Positions 61,168 through 64,000 of a stretch of 64,000 nt of DNA are shown here, one piece after another. The notes below the pieces were generated by a model. The model did not search any database, was not told the DNA's origin, and worked only from the letters and a program-made list of their open reading frames with translations. Source of the DNA: Squalus acanthias (Eukaryota); assembly GCA_030390025.1 (NCBI GenBank), contig CM059432.1, positions 136,526,001 through 136,590,000 of the forward strand. Direction: 5' to 3'. The position numbers and the translations under genes are program-made. Each line of letters begins with the position of its first letter. The stretch's first letter is position 1.

Positions 61168-62208
61168 GTGGGTTGTGAGGCAAATAGAATTAGGAAGGCT
61201 CTTCCAAAAGACAGAGATGTGACGGCTGGAAGAACAGTCACCAATGGTAGCACTTTGGAGGTAAAGAATGTGGGAATCAGAAGACTGAAAGGTGCACATG
61301 GGGATGCTGCAGAAGATGGCAAAGATAGGCTGGGGTGAAGTCAGTGAACCATTTGAAAACAAGGAGAAAGATCTTATAATTAATCCACTGGGATAATCTT
61401 TACCCGATATATGGACAGTGAAACTTCTTAAGACTTGGGAAGTGGATGCTTAATTCACATTTACTCGTATAAAAATTAGGGAAAATAATCTTCAGTAAAA
61501 AAAAAGAGGTCAGTTTTGTTGGTTCAGGAAGTCCAACATATAAGTTGAGCTAATAATCTCAAATAAACATGTAGCAGGCAGTGTATGAGTAACTGAAAAT
61601 TTCTGCATTTCTTGTATGGCCAGAAGCAAGGCTTTCATCATTGATAATTGATAATTTATGGGAAAGGAAGGGGAAAAATGTTAATGCACATGTGTGAACT
61701 GCTCAATGCTGTTTACTTGTGTATCATCTACCAGCATTTTTTCTTTGGGAAGATTAGGAGTTAGTCTGATCATTTTAGATTGTACCCTAGAGGGAATTAC
61801 TTAATTCTTACATCTGGAACTATGTAATTTCTCAAAAGGTTACCACAGTTCTCATTAACACTATTTTTTTTGGGGGGGGAGTGAAAATATGGCAGTATAA
61901 ATATTAGGCGCCAAATATTAGCATGTTTCTCATGTGAAACACTTTAATAAAACACATGCCTTTCTGGCTTATTAAAGAAAATGAGTACTTGATGCACAGT
62001 TGTGATTAATATCTCTAAGATTCAATTCAATGAAAATGTATGGCATGTTTGAAAACAGGAATGAAGGCCAAGAGAACTTACCTTTGTGCCCAAGGGTGGC
62101 TTTAGCTCAGGCTTCTGAGTGCATTCTTGGCCTTGTGACTATCAGTGAAACTCGGATTAAGCTGAATCCAAATGTTTTGGCATTCTCAGTTTGAGTCAGC
62201 TTTCCAAA

Positions 62209-62405
62209 AGCAAAAGCAAAATACTGCGGATGCTGGAAATCTGAAATGAAAACAGAAAATGTTGGAAGCACTCAGCAGGTCAGGCAGCATTTATGGAGAG
62301 AGATGGTTTCATGAAAGATCATCGGCCTGAAACGCTAACTCTGTTTCTCTCTCCACAGATTGCTGACTGACCTGCTGAGTGTTTCCAGCATTTTCTCTTT
62401 ATTAT
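62209..62405. mobile_element. Penelope pLTR-derived inverted insertion
   Basis: Reverse copy ~62211-62302 facing forward copy ~62311-62402, which starts in the hammerhead remnant ATGAAAGATCATCGGCCTGAAACG. Confidence 0.75.
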
Positions 62406-62683
62406 TCCAAAGTCAAAGTTTGGATCATCAGAAACAAAAAATAGGGGTTTTACAGCCTGAATTCCAATACTAAGACTCGGTCCTTTATCAATGCACACTA
62501 GGTATAATTTTAGATTGCATTTTAAATTATATGATTTCATGAAAGATAGCCCAGTATCTGATTTATAAATCCGTTCTTTGTAGCTTTGCTTGTCTAGTAA
62601 TTTTCCTCACCTATTAATGTCTACAGGTATCTGGGACTCATTTAACAATTGCATTCTCTAAATATTTGTTTTCAAAATATAAT

Positions 62684-63438
62684 GGCCCGTATTTTCCAAT
62701 CCCTACGGGTGTGTACGCGCTGTGTACACACCCGTAGGGACATCGGAAATGCCGGTTTCAGGCATGCCAAGCACATGCGCTGAAAACCAGCATTTCCGAT
62801 CTGTCAAGAATCCTCTTGACAGATCCTCCGCCTGCCCTGGAGAAGGGCCTCTGCGGGTGGAGAGTTCCACTTTCTGCAGAACCTCCGCCCGCTGAAATCA
62901 CTTAAAAATCTTATGCCTGGTAAAAGCGTAAGGCCTGCTTTTACCAGCATAAGAGCTTACAAAAGTTAAAAAAATAATTTTTTTCCACTCATTTAAAATT
63001 TAAAAATACTTTTAAAAAAGGTAAGTTTATTTTTAGCCCCGTAAAAAACTTTAATTATTTTTTTCAAAAAATTACATTTTTGTTTAAAATATTTAATTTA
63101 ATATAATTTTAACTAAGTTTAAAAACGTGATGGTTTTTTAATAATGTATTTAATGTTTTGATGTCTTTTTTCAGTGATCCCCATTCATACTTTTGACGCG
63201 TCTATCTGTCAAAAGTATGAAGGGGATTCCCTTCCCCCATTGACTGCCTGGCCCACATGATCCCAGGGACGGTTGTGAACCGCCTGCGCCCCGGGATACG
63301 TGGGCCCTGCGCATTTCGTCGTGGAGAGGCCCAGGATCGGAAATGGCCGGACCTCTGGAGCCCTCAGGTAAGGGCGTAGATTTTTTCCCGATAAGAGTTA
63401 TCCGCACGCAGGAAGCCTCCTATCGGAAATTACAGGCC
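62684..63438. mobile_element. Harbinger-type MITE (755 bp) with AT-rich centre
   Basis: TIRs GGCCCGTATTTTCCAAT / ATCGGAAATTACAGGCC; AAT TSD (62681-62683, 63439-63441). Confidence 0.82.
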
Positions 63439-64000
63439 AATCGATCTTAAATTAAACTGGGACATTTATCTTTAATCTATATAACCCTCCCTCCAGAAAA
63501 AGACCGTGTGTATTGACACCACTGTGTCAGCCAATGAGTTGGAGGTGGGGCGGGACTTACCGCAAACAGAGCCTATTTATTTCAGCAAACAGAATCTATT
63601 TAACCAGAGTCTCTATGAACTACAGCAAACAGAACTCATGACCGAAACTACAGCAAGGTCTCCTGAAAAATGCAGAATTATTTCTCCAGAAAAATGTAGC
63701 GAGTGGAGAATAGTTACATAATATCAATAGGCATAAAATCAATCCCAGTCACTTGCAGCAGTACAGTTTCGGGGGGGGGGAGGGGATTACCCAATCATCT
63801 CCATTCTGGCCGGCATGGTGTAACTATATGTCGCCCCCCAAAAAATTACTTTTCTTTTTGTGAGGGAATAGGGTTAATTAACCAAGAGTTTCTCTCTTGG
63901 AAGCGGGAGAATCCTGTATGTAAACAGTAGCCAGTCAGTGAAGGAAATATATCTGTGCACATTTGAGTTCACTACAATTCTTGCAATAAAGCCATACAAT

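Noticed and set aside
62081..62137. Minus-strand 57-nt candidate exon ending AAG|GTAAGT
   Set aside because: Weak acceptor and unrecognised peptide; such signals occur by chance.
63525..63665. CCAAT box plus GC box and a minus-strand AG...GTAAGT interval
   Set aside because: All three frames contain stops and there is no CpG island or downstream gene; insufficient evidence for a promoter or exon.

Overview
Eukaryotic, repeat-dominated window with no recognisable host protein-coding exon. It is probably intronic or intergenic DNA from a cartilaginous fish; this is an inference from the repeat mix (CR1 and L2 LINEs, tRNA-derived Deu-domain SINEs, RTE and Penelope elements). Nearly every ORF in the track comes from a transposable element. 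The main structure is a ~5.0 kb PIF/Harbinger unit (46827-51829) inserted into a CR1 LINE. It consists of a non-autonomous element and a formerly autonomous element (3-exon Myb/SANT gene plus a convergent DDE transposase) in tandem, separated and flanked by three TTT triplets. Both genes look recently disabled. About ten Harbinger-type MITEs with 3-bp TSDs and several older Harbinger gene relics are scattered through the window. Also present: a Penelope GIY-YIG fragment with a 5' inversion and a minimal hammerhead ribozyme; four short Penelope-derived inserts that fold back or truncate in or next to hammerhead stem II; a degraded short-LTR Gypsy element; a hAT MITE; two near-identical young CR1 copies; and two tandem-repeat tracts. 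I found no evidence for a wholly new class of system. The most interesting observations concern transposition mechanism. Boundaries without a stated TSD or TIR are approximate and were read by eye.
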